A stretch of DNA of 64,000 nt from Paramecium tetraurelia (taxonomy: Eukaryota): assembly GCA_000165425.1 (NCBI GenBank), contig CT868097.1, positions 130,867 to 194,866 of the forward strand, written 5' to 3'. The stretch's first letter is position 1. Each line of letters opens with the position of its first letter. The position numbers and the translations under genes were made by a program. A model generated the notes under the pieces. That model made no database searches. It worked only from the letters and a program-made list of their open reading frames with translations, and was not told the origin of the DNA. Below, in pieces: positions 29,619-42,699 of the stretch.

Positions 29619-30488
29619 ATGGCAGAATAATAACAAAACTATAGTGATTTAGTGAATCAAGAAATCGAATAGCCAAACAAACCAATCAAATGGGAAGTCG
29701 ATGGAATGCCTTAAACAAGAGTTGGACAAATGAAAAAAGAAGCTGTCTATATTTTCTGGTTCGAATTCTTAGGAACATTCATGCTAACATTCTCCATCTA
29801 TGCCAGCAAGTAAAGTCCAATTTAATAATCAAAGTAATAACCTCTTCGTTTTCAGTTGTGCCTATGGCATGCTGATCTTGGTAGCTCAAAATCAAAAATG
29901 CTCATTCAATCCTGCAATTACTACTGTTTTATCTGGCAATGACAAAGGCTTGTGGGTCTCAGTGGCTATAGCTAGTTAATTTGGAGGAGCATTCTTGGCG
30001 AGCATGCTTGGTTTCTTTTGCTTTAAAAATTAGTAAAATATTATATAGATTATGTAATAGTGTCAACGAAGTTCCATATTTGTCCTAAACGACATTTGAA
30101 GAATATTTCGCAGTTATTATTGGTGAAATCTTAGGATCGCTTATTCTTACTGCTGGCTTTCTATTTTAATATGATGATTTAATGGATTTCACAAGTGATA
30201 GATTAGAACATAGTCTCATAATCAGTGGATTATATGGGGTTGGTAGAACTTTAAGTTATGTTGCCAAGAGCAGTCTAAATCCAGCTATTGCCATGGGGTA
30301 AATCTTATGATTCATTAATTAGATTAGTATTTTTTGAATGTTGCAAAGATGGCCATTGGGCTAGATTTTGGAACTTATGGATTTATGCTGGTTTACCGTT
30401 TGTCGGAGCTTTTATCTCGTTAACATTGATTAGGATATTATACAAAGATTGCTATGAAAAATAAATAAAGGCTGGTTTGAAATATTGA
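29619..30488 (+). CDS. aquaporin / major intrinsic protein
   Basis: FEFLGTF helix 1, SFNPAIT and SLNPAIAMG (two NPA boxes), WIYAGLPFVGA helix 6; tiny GT-AG introns; TGA 30486-30488. Confidence 0.93.
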
Positions 30489-30721
30489 ATGACAATAAAC
30501 TAATTTTTAGAGATATTATTATAAATTTATTTAGTTTTTAATTATAAAATTGACAGTCAATAATTAATTCAGGCATATTTGGATGGATAGCATATCAACA
30601 TTGATTAAATTAAAAAATAAATTAAATGATTTTAGAAAGGACTGGAAAGTTTTAGTGTGTCAATTCCAAATTTCTAATAAATTAAAATTTAATTATTAAA
30701 ATATTAAAATACATATTAAAC

Positions 30722-31951
30722 ATGTCCTCAAAAGAATCACGTAGACGCTCAAACAGACGTTCTAATCGCAAATAAAAATAGTAAGAATCCATATTTATTA
30801 TGCTCGCAGTTCTACTACTACTTCTTCCGTTGTCACTGATGATGAATCTAATGGAAGCTCTTCAAGTGATGATGATCAACACTACAAATATAGAAGAGGC
30901 GAATATATTCGAGAATACAAGGTTAAGAGACACATTTTTGATGGTACATTTGGAAGGGTCTTGAAAGTCAAGAGAAGAAATTCAAAAACATATGCCTTGA
31001 AGATCGTCAGACGCAATCACGTTGAGAGTGCACAATCAGAAGCTGATGTTTTGTTTCATTTAAAGAGAAAAGGACTTAGTAGATACTTTGTTGAATTGTA
31101 TGAATGTTTCCATCATAGAGGATATTATTGTATGGTATTTGAGAGGGTATTTAATGCCATCAAATAATTTTAGTTAGGACCAAGTCTTTATGAATTGATG
31201 AAATTAAATAAAAATCATGGAATTCCAATGTCTTTAATAAGAAGCATCAGTAAATAATTATTAAAGTATATTGGTCAATTACATGATTTAAAAATTGTTC
31301 ACACTGATTTAAAACCAGAGAACATACTTTTTAGTAAAAATTACAAATTGAAAAGAGGATAATAAGATTTGTATATATAATATTTAAATTCTCAATTAGA
31401 TATCTGCCACAGGATGACCGAATAAAGATCATAGACCTTGGTGGAGCAGTATTTGATTATGAAGGACATGATTGTATAATTAATACACGTCAATATAGAG
31501 CTCCTGAGGTATAGTTGTAATGTAGTGAATGGAATCACAAAAGTGATGTTTGGGGGATAGCCTGTATCATCGCTGAAATGTATCTAGGTAGGAATGAATG
31601 ATCTAAAATATTTTAGGACATTTATTGTTTTAAACTAGAAAGAATGAATATGAACACATGGCTTTGGTTGAAAAAGTCACTGATCAAAACTTCCCTTATT
31701 GGATGGCCAGTAGTGTAAAAGGATCATTGAAATAATGCTTCACAAAAAACTCTACAAATGGGAAATACTACATTTGGCCTTAGGAAAATACAACCAAAGA
31801 GAGTATTGCTAAAGTCGAAAATCAAAAACCATTAAGGGAATTGATACTTGATCCATTATTAAGAGATTTATTATAAAAAATGCTTGAAATTGATCCCGAT
31901 AAAAGAATCAGTTGTCACGAAGCTTTGCATCACAAATTCTTTTGTCATTGA
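30722..31951 (+). CDS. CLK/LAMMER-type dual-specificity protein kinase
   Basis: Arg/Ser-rich N-terminus; DGTFGRV, ALK, HTDLKPEN, IDLGGA, NTRQYRAPEV, EHMALVEKV (variant of EHLAMMERI); four short introns. Confidence 0.9.
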
Positions 31952-32493
31952 TAATGAACAATTCATTTTATAAAATTTTAATTTTATTCCTTATAGCACT
32001 CTCAGTTCTCCCCTTTACGTTATTCATGTTAATTCTATAATTTCTTCTAAAGTAATATCTAAATCAAACCATAAGTCAATTGATATATATTTATCATAGT
32101 TAATATTTTTTTTATGAGATTACTCCACTTGAATATGGTAGAATGTTGGACATACTTTTAAGATTATCATATAAATAGATTTATCTATTGGCAATGTAGA
32201 TAATTACTAACTGAATAATTTCTTAAATTAAAATCATATTGATTTGCTGTTTATTTTCTCACACTTTACTTTCAATTTTTATTTAATATAAATTATTTTA
32301 GAAGATGGTTTTATGAATGAAGATTAAACTTTTATTTATCCTTTTATTAATTTTATATTCTTCTAAATTAAAGCTATTAGCAATAATTATTATGAAGTAG
32401 AAAAATGAAAAACAAATGAGCTTTAAATTTTAATCCAAAATATTGAAATTTATACAAAAGATATTATGCTAATATAGTATTTAACTAATTTAT

Positions 32494-33858
32494 TCATTCA
32501 TTATCATCTTCAATTATGTTTTTAGATAAAGTTTTCATGATAGATCTCCATTCTTCTATAATTGCTTTTAATTATTGTTTTATTTCTGTGATGAAACTCA
32601 ACAACTCATCTTACATTATAATGGACATTTTATCGCTTCTGTCTTTGTTTTTTTAATATTTAGTTTTGAGTACATCCATTTCTAAGTCTCTCTATATGAA
32701 TTATAGTAATAAATACTCTGCTAGAATTATCTGTATATTGCATTTTGAGTTATTCTATTCTTTATTAATCAACCAATAATTGCGATTATAAATTTCTTCT
32801 TCTTTTACAAGCAGTCAATGCCCACTCAATTTCAAATAAGCAATTTTATAATTTAGGGATAAATTTCCTATCAATGTCTTCAATTTCTCTATTGATTTTT
32901 CTTTGCCTGATTTCATTGTTATATTTCAACTATTTAAATTGTGAAATGTCCTCCTCACTTGCAGATCCTAATCCATCTAATAATTTAATAATTAATGAAT
33001 ACTCCAAGAATAAAGAGCTTCATTTTAATCATTTAATGATTTTGCCTCTTCTCTCAATATAAGAACATGTTCTTCAACAACAGTTTTCAACTTAGTACCT
33101 TTCATAGACAAGGATAGGAGTAGTGTTTCATCATAAGTTAAGTCTTTTTCACTTCCATCAAACATTTTTGCAGGATCTTAGCCTTTGGCTGTCAAATTAC
33201 TACCATGCCATAAGGTCTTGACTGATTGTAATAGATTATCATATTTTTACTCAATAGTTTTATTTTATTCTAATTCACCTTTCAATAGGGAAATAAACTA
33301 ATAGATAAATTCTAAATATACTTTTTCCTTATCTTCAATGAAAATTCTTAATTCTGGCACATATCGTAGATGATGATGGTGAAGTATTCTTTACAGAAAC
33401 TGCTGAAGGTCTTTCCTTCTCTTTTCTGAGAACTATTGTTTAAATTTTAAATCTCATAATTTTACTTCATAACTCGCCAAATTGACCTTGGTGAGCAGAT
33501 GCTTTTCAGGAATGGCAGGAATTATGTATCCTCCATACTTATTAATCAATTCCTAATACAACCACTCAAAATCACTAAATCTCCTGGATACTTCGGTGTC
33601 CCATTCTCCTCCCAACTTCTTGGTTCTAACCAAATATAATTTGTATTTAGTTATGTATCCCTCTTTCACTACGTCTCCGTCTTTGACTTCCACAATCCGA
33701 TTATTCATAAATTCATTAACCACAATTGCATTATAAAAATCTACATTGGGAATCACATTAGCTTGATGACTAGTCAATAATGAATTTAATGCATACTCAA
33801 AATTTAGTAAATCCATTTGTTGAGTCCCATTATTTTCTAAATCCTCTAATAAATTCAT
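32494..33858 (-). CDS. PX-domain sorting nexin with C-terminal coiled/BAR-like region
   Basis: VSRRFSDFEWLY followed by GYIIPAIPEK and EKRRKDLQQFL (PX signature); helical C-terminus ending EEWRSIMKTLSKNIIEDDNE-TGA. Confidence 0.9.
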
Positions 33859-33889
33859 TTTATTTATATTATAAATTAATTTACGCAAA

Positions 33890-35553
33890 ATGAATACTAA
33901 GTCTACTTCTCTTTATATAGGGAGTAAATAACTGAATCAAAAGAGAATACGTTCTCCACTCAAGAAATAATCCATGATTTTTAAGTAGAATTCAGATGAA
34001 GAGGATAATCAATCAGAAGATGAAAAAATGGAAGTTATTAATCTTAACTACTTTAAAGCGAAAAAGCATCAAAAAAAGTTTAATTTGCAATAAATGCTAC
34101 AGTAAGGCAAATTGGCTGAGGATGAAGTAGATCATAATCCTCATTTCCCAAGTCCAACGATTAATACAAAGTTAATACATAATATATTCTAAATTTATCA
34201 TTCGGATAGGAAGGAAACCTTTATTGAAGACAAAGTACATGGGACTGCTGAAAAAATATCAAAACAAACTAATTAAAAACTAGTCAATCAAATCTTATTC
34301 AATAAAATGAGATAGAAGAGAGTTGTCTCATAACATGAATTAAGTAATTCAACCTCAAATGTACTGCAAAGCTTCAAGAATCTCTCATCAATGTTCAAAA
34401 GTGTTAATTAAATTGTTGATTATCATGCTGTTGCCAATCAAATCAGGTAATCTCAAGCATAGATCACAATCAACAGAGAAGAACATAAAAATTTGGAAAG
34501 ACAATAATTCAATTTCAATTACATTATAGAGGGCAGATTAAACTAAATTAAATTACACAGCCAAGAAATTTATTAGTATCAAATGAGTTTGCAAAAATTG
34601 AGATTGGAGAATTGCAAATTAAGAGATCATGTCTCAAGATTAGGTGAAGAAATTGATTAAATCAAATCAAAATATAATAAATAAAGACAATTAGCATTAC
34701 ACTAGGAAGATAAACTTCACCCTACTAAAAAATGGGATAGACAATAATACTTTTAGACCATTGATTAAAATGAATAAATGGAGTTAGCTAGAATCAAAAC
34801 ATTTTACATGGAATATTAATAACAATTGCAATTCAATCAAAGCTAATTAAAAAGAGAAGAAGAAATCTTACAAGATATTAAATATACTAAGAAATAAATC
34901 AAATAAGATTTAGCAGAGTTCTTAAAATAAGTATTGCAGAGTGAAGAAATTTAGTAACTTATATACTTATAATACATAGAATATCAGGATCTATCATAAT
35001 CATTGTAAAACTATTAATGTAAATTAATGAGAGTGTGACATAAGCTGATTTTCCATGTTATCTAGATAATCAATCTAGGATCTTTCTTATATCTAAGGCT
35101 AAATTAGAAATTAATAATGATTATTTGAAATTGCAAATTAAAGAAAACTAAATCAAATAATAATAGTAATAATTGGGCAACCGAGTTAATTATGAGAAAA
35201 AACTATTTTAAGTCATGAATTCTATTTCTAACATGAAAAAATAAAAATACACTTTAAAATCATTTGAATTACAATAGCAAAGTGACTCTAAATAAGATAA
35301 TCTCAGTTAAAAGCTGTCTAATCAATCACTCTAAATAAATAATTTGGATAATTAAATCATTGAATTAGAAGAATAAGAAATCTAAAGGCTTTAGATACTT
35401 TATCAAGGAAAATAATTACCTAATAGTTCTTTATAAAAACTCATCAAAACTGTCTAAGCTGAGTTTGGTTATAAATAGATGAATTAAAAGTTAAGTATAA
35501 TAATTCAGAATTATGACACAATTAAGAGTCAAGTTAACAAATCCATTAAGTGA
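33890..35553 (+). CDS. hypothetical coiled-coil protein
   Basis: ATG 33890, long Q/E/K/L-rich code-6 frame, tiny intron near 34955-34980, TGA 35551-35553. Confidence 0.75.
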
Positions 35554-36638
35554 ACTAATATCCGTATAAAATTTACTGTTATAAATTATGACATATCATA
35601 TCATTTCAATAAAATAAATAATTATCCAATTCTAATAACTTTTAACTAGATCATCTTTCTAGCATATTCTTGTTTCATCAAAATCTCTTGTATTTTCAGT
35701 TTGGCAAAAAAAAAATTAGAAAATTGCTTTATAAAATAATAATTGGAAAATGCTTTTAATTTATTGTATATAACATAAATCTTAAATCAATCTAAACCAA
35801 AGAAAGATGAGTACGAGGATTAAATTGTACATATATATACAATCACCTAAACCAATATATGATTTCAGAAAGACAATATAATAGAAATTTCAGTTGTATC
35901 TTCCTTACTAAATGAAATCATAAATGTATCCTCACAATAAGATCAATTAACTTCCAATATATAGAAAATAATAAGAACAGTTATTAACATACAATTATAT
36001 TATAATTCTAAATAGATTAAGCTGAATCACTCATTTCTTTTTTGGTGTAATATCTCTGCTTGTTACGATACTTTAAGTTCCATTTATTGATAATTAACAC
36101 TATGTTCGTGACATCTACAAGGAGATATATCTACTTCGTTTGAATTATTTGGTTATATTTTAATCTTGTTAAATAAACTTGTTCTATTTATTTAATGGAA
36201 ATTTAACATTTTAGATTTATGAATTTTATTCATTTTTCTAAACTTTAAGTTCTTTATAAGATTAGACGTAAAATCTTTTTCTATTTGTCAATTAATTCTC
36301 TTTTTAAATAGTTTGATCCTGTCTTAAATCTATTAGATTTAATAACATTTTTGAGTGACTCGGAAATATTAAATTATTTAGTAAGGCTCTGCCTTCTATA
36401 GGACTAGAGATCAGTTTTTATGTCGGTTAGTGATACATCACATTGAATTCTGTAAAAATCTTCTAATGACGATGAACTTATTGTAATTTCTTGACCAATT
36501 ATTATGTTTGTTTTTTTACAGATGTAATTTATTAATTCAATTAAGTATATTTAGGTGTGAGATGTTCATACTCAGATTGGGTTTATTGTAGTATGTTTTA
36601 TTCAGTTTATACTAATTAATTTTATTACATAAATAATT

Positions 36639-38877
36639 ATGAACAAATTTGAAGATGAATTAAAATATGCTTAAAAAGCAACAAGCAATGAATTTCTGTC
36701 TTGGTTATAGAATGTGAGTTATGAACTTATTAAATAAAAAGAATACTCATATGGATAAGAATTTTTCAGATCTTAACAAAATTTATATGAACTTATATTC
36801 AAATCAAATGGCATTTTGAATAATAGTTTTCGAACAACTCAACAAAGATATGGCTCGATTGAAGATACATTTTTCTTTATAAAACTGTTGAATATTCTTT
36901 CTCCAGAAGAGATGTCATTTTATTCCGCCTTGCCATCAGAATATCCTTACCATTCTGTTTCATTAGATGTATTGCCAGCGCATATACAATTATATTTTAA
37001 AGACCCATCTTTGGCTAACATGAATTAATAATTTCAAGCATTTTAGGACATATTTTAAGAGAACATTTAAGTTGAAAAAAGTCAACTAAAATTTTGTGTT
37101 AGTGCAAAAATGATAGTTTTGGATTTTATTTATTAAATGGGCGCTGTTAATTTTAAGGGATAGTGCTTTGTATGTGACAGATAATAGTTCAAAAATTGTT
37201 AGGATTGTGCTTTAAATAAATGTAAAAGGAAAGTTCAACACTTAAGGACCACTTATTAAAATAGCTCCACACCTTAATCCCATACTTAGTTCTTATTAGA
37301 CGAATTTTAGAATTATATGTATACAAAAAATCAAAGAAAACAATTAAATATTAAGCCGCCAGACAAAACAATTGTCGATTTTCACTTTTCAATAGATGAT
37401 TTATACTTTTATAAGAAATATACACTATATGAACACCTATATGTTAATAAATTATTTGAATTGAACCTAACAATAGATCAATAGAAATTATTATACAAAA
37501 TTAAACCAAGTAGCATTGTCTTGGATACTCAGATGATGTTAATCTATCTAACAATATATTTTAATTCATTATATGGAACCGATTTAGAAACTATTTATTA
37601 ATAATTTAAACCTTTTTTGAGAAATTCTGATATTTTTAATAAGAGTAGTTAATTTATCTATCAAAATAGAAGTTTTTTTTTTGAGTGCGGAAGATAAAAG
37701 CAATAAATTACTTATTAGTAAGGCTTATTTAAGTTCTTTTAACATTCTTTCGAAGTATATCCTAATGAGAGGTAATGTAATTAAATTACTTTATATTCAC
37801 ACATAGCAGCTTATGTTTTATTTTTGAAATGGCAATTTATTAATAAAGAATAAAGCATCTATAATTAGGCCTTAATTTTCGATCAAGCTCTCTCATCTTG
37901 TGTTGCATCATAGAATTAAATTCTGGGACAACTCTAAAAAAAAAGAGTAAACTCCTATAAAGGAAGCAATCCATTAACTAAATTTATCGTAAATGAATTG
38001 TTGCCTCTTTATTAAGTCTGTAAAAATAAATTTGGAGATTGTCCTTAAACTGTTTTATTTAAGTACTTCAAACCGCATTTAATCGAATAAAGATTTAGTT
38101 AATTTGAATACAGATTAGATTCCCAAATGAGAGAACTAGATCCACAAAGGAATTTAATGAAAAATTCGATAAGACTCTATTATCCTTTCTACACAAAATT
38201 ACTTATTACTATTTTTTAATGTTTAAGTAATTTAAATTATCTGAATGATTCAGAATATTAAGGATTAATTCACTTATTTGCATTTTGTGAATCTAATGAT
38301 TAAAATTCATTCTTTTGCGATTCATTAAAGTTTATTAAATAAAAACCCTTTTAAATACCAGCCTATTAAGAAGTTAAGAATTTTTGCGATATGTATGTGA
38401 AAAACAGCGATGAGGGAGAATTTCTAATAATAGAAAATAAAGATACTAAAAAATTTGTGACTTAAGCAATAGAGTTATTGATGTCATATTAATAAAGAAT
38501 AGGCATAAAAAATGATAAAACAGTAGAATTTTTAGGTTCATATTTTAATATTTAAACATCCAAAATTAATGCGATACCAATAAAAAATATTAGTCCCTAG
38601 TAAAGTCTAGGAAGATTATCCAAATCTAGAATGTAAATATAAGATTTATTGAGTTAGTGTAATAAATGAATGGAAAGCTCCACTAAGAGATTTTGAAATT
38701 TATGTTTTTTTTATTATAATGTGGTATTTTAGTTTAGGATTAGATAAACTAAAAGGATTACCCCAAAGTGAAGTTCCACAAACTCAATGGCCTAGAAGAT
38801 TTGCTTCACCGATTAATTTATTTATTGTATCCATAATCATTTATGGTCTTTTTAAAATCGCTTTCATGTTCATTTGA
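36639..38877 (+). CDS. SMPD4/NET13-like protein with C-terminal membrane anchor
   Basis: One long exon plus a 25-nt intron (38633-38657). C-terminus NEWKAPLRDFEIYVFFIIMWYFSLGLD..WPRRFASPINLFIVSIIIYGLF resembles SMPD4 PIRSYE..LRFL(G/A)S plus TM. N-terminal LLNILSPE..VSLDVLPAHIQ resembles SMPD4 FLDP..PVSYLPGPVK. Confidence 0.65.
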
Positions 38878-38983
38878 TAAATATTGATATATCATTTATA
38901 ATTTAATTAGTTAATTATATATCCTATTTTTGTATATAAATTGTCCAGAAGACAGCAAATAATTGGAAATAAATAATAAACAA

Positions 38984-39445
38984 TCATCTTAAGGTCCTAT
39001 TGATATTCTGATGTAGTAGTTAGTTTTAATATTCCTTCAAGATCATAGTCATATGATCGATCATTTTCATAACGCACTGAAATTATTCTATCCTTTTCAT
39101 AATGTCTATAAATTCTTCCTCTGATAAAGGTCTGTTTTTGTATTACCTCTTTTTGTTAAGTTTTTTGGTCTTCTAAACTTTCTTTGAAGGGCAATTTTCT
39201 TATAAATTTAAATTTCCATTTTTTTCTTCTTTGTGAATATTAAATTCCCTAATTCCAATTTCATACATCTAATCATTTTCATTAGAATTACTATCTCCTT
39301 GAATAGAAGGTTCAGGGCTATAAATTCTCAATAGGGATTTGTGGAAATTTAATTTTGAAGCTTACTAATAACATCCGTCTTATATCTCTTCTCGATTTTC
39401 TAATTAATATGGTAAATTGTGATAAAGGTATCCGCTTATATCCAT
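38984..39445 (-). CDS. hypothetical protein (153 aa): acidic N-terminus, basic patch, C-terminal helix
   Basis: ATG 39445 to TGA 38984, intronless; C-terminus EEFIDIMKRIEQFQCVMKMIDHMTMILKEYQNQLL. Confidence 0.75.
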
Positions 39446-40159
39446 TTTAGAGTTTATTAAACGATATAATAATTAATTTAAGGATATTTAATTTAGGTTT
39501 GAGACAACTTTTAAAGTTCAAATTATGAAATCTTTTAATTCATCTTCTAAAAATATATTTTAGATATGCAAAATTAAAATATATTTCTGAAATTCAAAAT
39601 TAACGATTTGAAATAATGATATTCGAGACTTCATATTATTCAATTTATTGGAATAAATTTTATTTTTATGAATTCTTTCTGATTTAATGTTTATAAAACA
39701 TATAATCTAGTTATAAGATGACGTCATAATTTATATATATATTAATAATAAATAATTTTACCTAGATAAATGAGTTATTAAAAATTGAGAAATGCATGTC
39801 AAAGAAATAATTATTCATAATAAATGTAGAGTCGCAAAATAAATCTTTAGAAACATATTATTTCAAGAATGTTTTCTTAATGAATTAAATTTTTACTCTA
39901 ATGCCTCTAATTAATTAAAAAAAAAATTTATTTAGTAAATTCTGCTTAAATTTTTGTAAACCTTATATTAATTAATTGCACATATGAGTTTGAAAAAACT
40001 ATTCATTGATAAGTCAAAAAAAATTAATTGTTAAATTTTGATATATACATATATAATGCTTAAATTTTTGAGATTGGTACAAGTGGTAATTAAAGTAAAA
40101 GCTTTAAAAGATATAAATATCAATAGAAAGATATATTAAATGAATGAAAATGAATAAGA

Positions 40160-40627
40160 TCAATTTTCTTAATTTATCTGGATCTGGCATTAGCTTAAAA
40201 TCTATGATTTCATTTTGGATAGGATTCCTTCGAGATTGTCAATAAGATGTCTCATTTATTGACAATATTGAATTTATTTTGTAGCATTATCTCCTGAGAG
40301 GTTAACATAGGAAATAAAGTCACTAAGTACTCTGTTTAGAGAAGGTGGATTTTTATTTTTTTTAATTGAGGTTCTCTTATGAATTTTTTGAAGTCTCTTT
40401 TTGTAAGTAGTTTAATTAGTTTGAGAAGGTTAGTTGAATTGACTATAATCATCATCCATATTATCAGTATGATATTAGAGATGGATGAGTGAACGTTCGT
40501 CTTCATCATTGAACTTTTTAATTTAAGGATGTCCGAGCAGAAGAGGAGATGGGCAAATCATTTGATCAGAGTGTTCATCCCAAGTATTGTTGTTGAATTG
40601 CTCATCTTCAAAAAGGTTTGAGTACAT
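40160..40627 (-). CDS. hypothetical protein (155 aa), same layout as neighbour 38984-39445
   Basis: ATG 40627 to TGA 40160, intronless; C-terminus ATKQIQYCQQMRHLIDNLEGILSKMKSQIL. Confidence 0.8.
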
Positions 40628-40788
40628 ATGTTGTATTAATTATTAAAATATCTTTAATGGTAATTAGATTTTTAAATAGCAAAATATAATTCAATATCAA
40701 TATAACAACTAAAAACAATAAAAAGAACATTTGATTTTTCATTCGTTTTTGGTATTGTTTATAACTAATCATAAAATAATTAAATTTA

Positions 40789-42505
40789 ATGATAATTGCT
40801 TATATAATTAAAGGAATTTTGGCACCTTTGATCTTAGTGATCTTATATTCAAATTCAAAGGCGTTACAAAATTAGGAATAATAAGTAAGAAGCTTTTGGG
40901 AGAATATCTTTGGAGAGGTATATTAGATTAGAAAACAAACGTTTGTTAAGAATTCAGCCTTCAAGGCTGAATATAATGTAAATCAAATTGATAAGTGCTT
41001 AGCAATCTCGTTACAATGTGGCTGAATCTCCTGTGTATTGTAAAAAGAGTGACTCATACAAAATGGCTCATCCTGATATAGTATTGTAGGATTACTATGT
41101 GTGGAGAGATTATCCCCCTTCTAATTTACCAAAAAAGATAACATTAGATAGAACATTTGCCGTATTAGATAAAGTGAATCCGTCTAAGACTGCCTCATAC
41201 AAATATGAAAATTAAATGCCACTCTAACTTGGATTTATTTATACAACTGTTTCTACATTATTCAACAACTATGTTTGGGGGAAGGGATTAGGATGTGCAT
41301 TACAAAAATATAGTCATATACCAGGAAAGAGTTCTGTGGCAATGAAAAACTAATTAATTGACAATTTCATGAAATACGTACGAGATTTTGAAAAGAAGAA
41401 CATCACTAATCCAGAGTGTAAGAGGAATGCGTCATTCATACCTGAAACATATAGATTGAATGATGAGAATGATTGTAAGGCCTTCTTTGAAACATTCAAA
41501 ACAACCGATTATTAGAAGAGGTTCAAAAAGTATGGGCCCTAATACATCTTGAAAACTAATTAACATAGAGGAGAAGGAATTACAGTATTATTTCAAAATG
41601 AGACAAATGAATTGTTAGAGGAATATAACCACGGAAAAGAATGTGGTAATATCTCAAAATAAGTAATTGCTCAAAGATATATATCGAATCCATTCTTATA
41701 TAAAGGTCACAAGATTGAATTTAGAATATATTATACTATTATTTCAACTAAACCAGTCATTGCATATTCATATTCAAGGTAATTATTATCCTAAATCATC
41801 TAATAGAGCATTAATTAAAAGATGCGCAAAACCATTTAGTGTTCATTCCACTGAAAAGGGAGCACATGTTTGTAATACAGCAATTGTGAAAAACTTAGTG
41901 AAAACAGACAAGGATGATGATGAGATTGAAGATGAAGAATTCTTTATCGATTGGTATTTGGAGGGACTAGAAGATTTGTTAATTAAATAAGGAAGAGCAA
42001 AGAAAGGATGGCTCCAAGCTTATCTTTATCCCAAAATCCATAGATCTTTAATCCATATGACCAAAGCTACCTACCATTCATTTGCAAGAGACAGCACGTA
42101 CTCGATATTTCTCTATTTAGGTTTGGAGAATTCTTTGCAGTTGATTTTCTACTTGATGATAATCTAGATGTGTGGGTTTTGGAAGTCAATTATAACCCAT
42201 AAGTTCTTAGTGTTACTCCTGACAGAATAAAGAGAAATTATAAAATGTTAGAAGATCATTTCGAATTGCAATATGCTTATATCAAGAGCAAATTATATAG
42301 ATTACAGCAACTTGGTAATGCACTTTTGAAGAAGGATGCCAAATCCATTCTTAATCAATCTAAATAAGTTGAAGAATTGTTAAGAGATAAGTTGGAATCT
42401 CAGTTTGAACTTAGTAAAGATAACTTATATATTAAAATCATGGATGAAGGCTTACCAGGAACTTAAGCATACACCAATTTAATATCTAAAGAGTGTCTTA
42501 AATGA
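40789..42505 (+). CDS. tubulin-tyrosine-ligase-family ATP-grasp protein with N-terminal signal peptide/anchor
   Basis: YSHIPG..K..L, FIPETYRL, YILKTNQHRGEGI, IAQRYISNPFLYKGHKIEFRIY, HVCNTAI, FAVDFLLDDNLDVWVLEVNYNP. Introns 40978-41002, 41779-41806, 42098-42120. Confidence 0.9.
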
Positions 42506-42699
42506 CTATATAATGTGTATAAATATAATATTATTTAAAAATCCTGAGTTCCTACTACTGAAATTTGATTAGAAAAACTATAAATCTTTTTAATCTTTTA
42601 ATTAAAGTTAAAAAACAAATTAAAGTGCATTTTAAAAAATTTATTTCTTAGTGAATCAGGTATGAATCATTTCCAATAATTATTTACTTGAATAATTTT

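Noticed and set aside
35600..36600. Coding-like fragments
   Set aside because: TGA-free stretches are expected by chance with a single stop codon; no coherent gene model was found
38666..38672. ATGA stop/start overlap suggesting coupled genes
   Set aside because: A 25-nt intron (38633-38657) joins both parts into one gene
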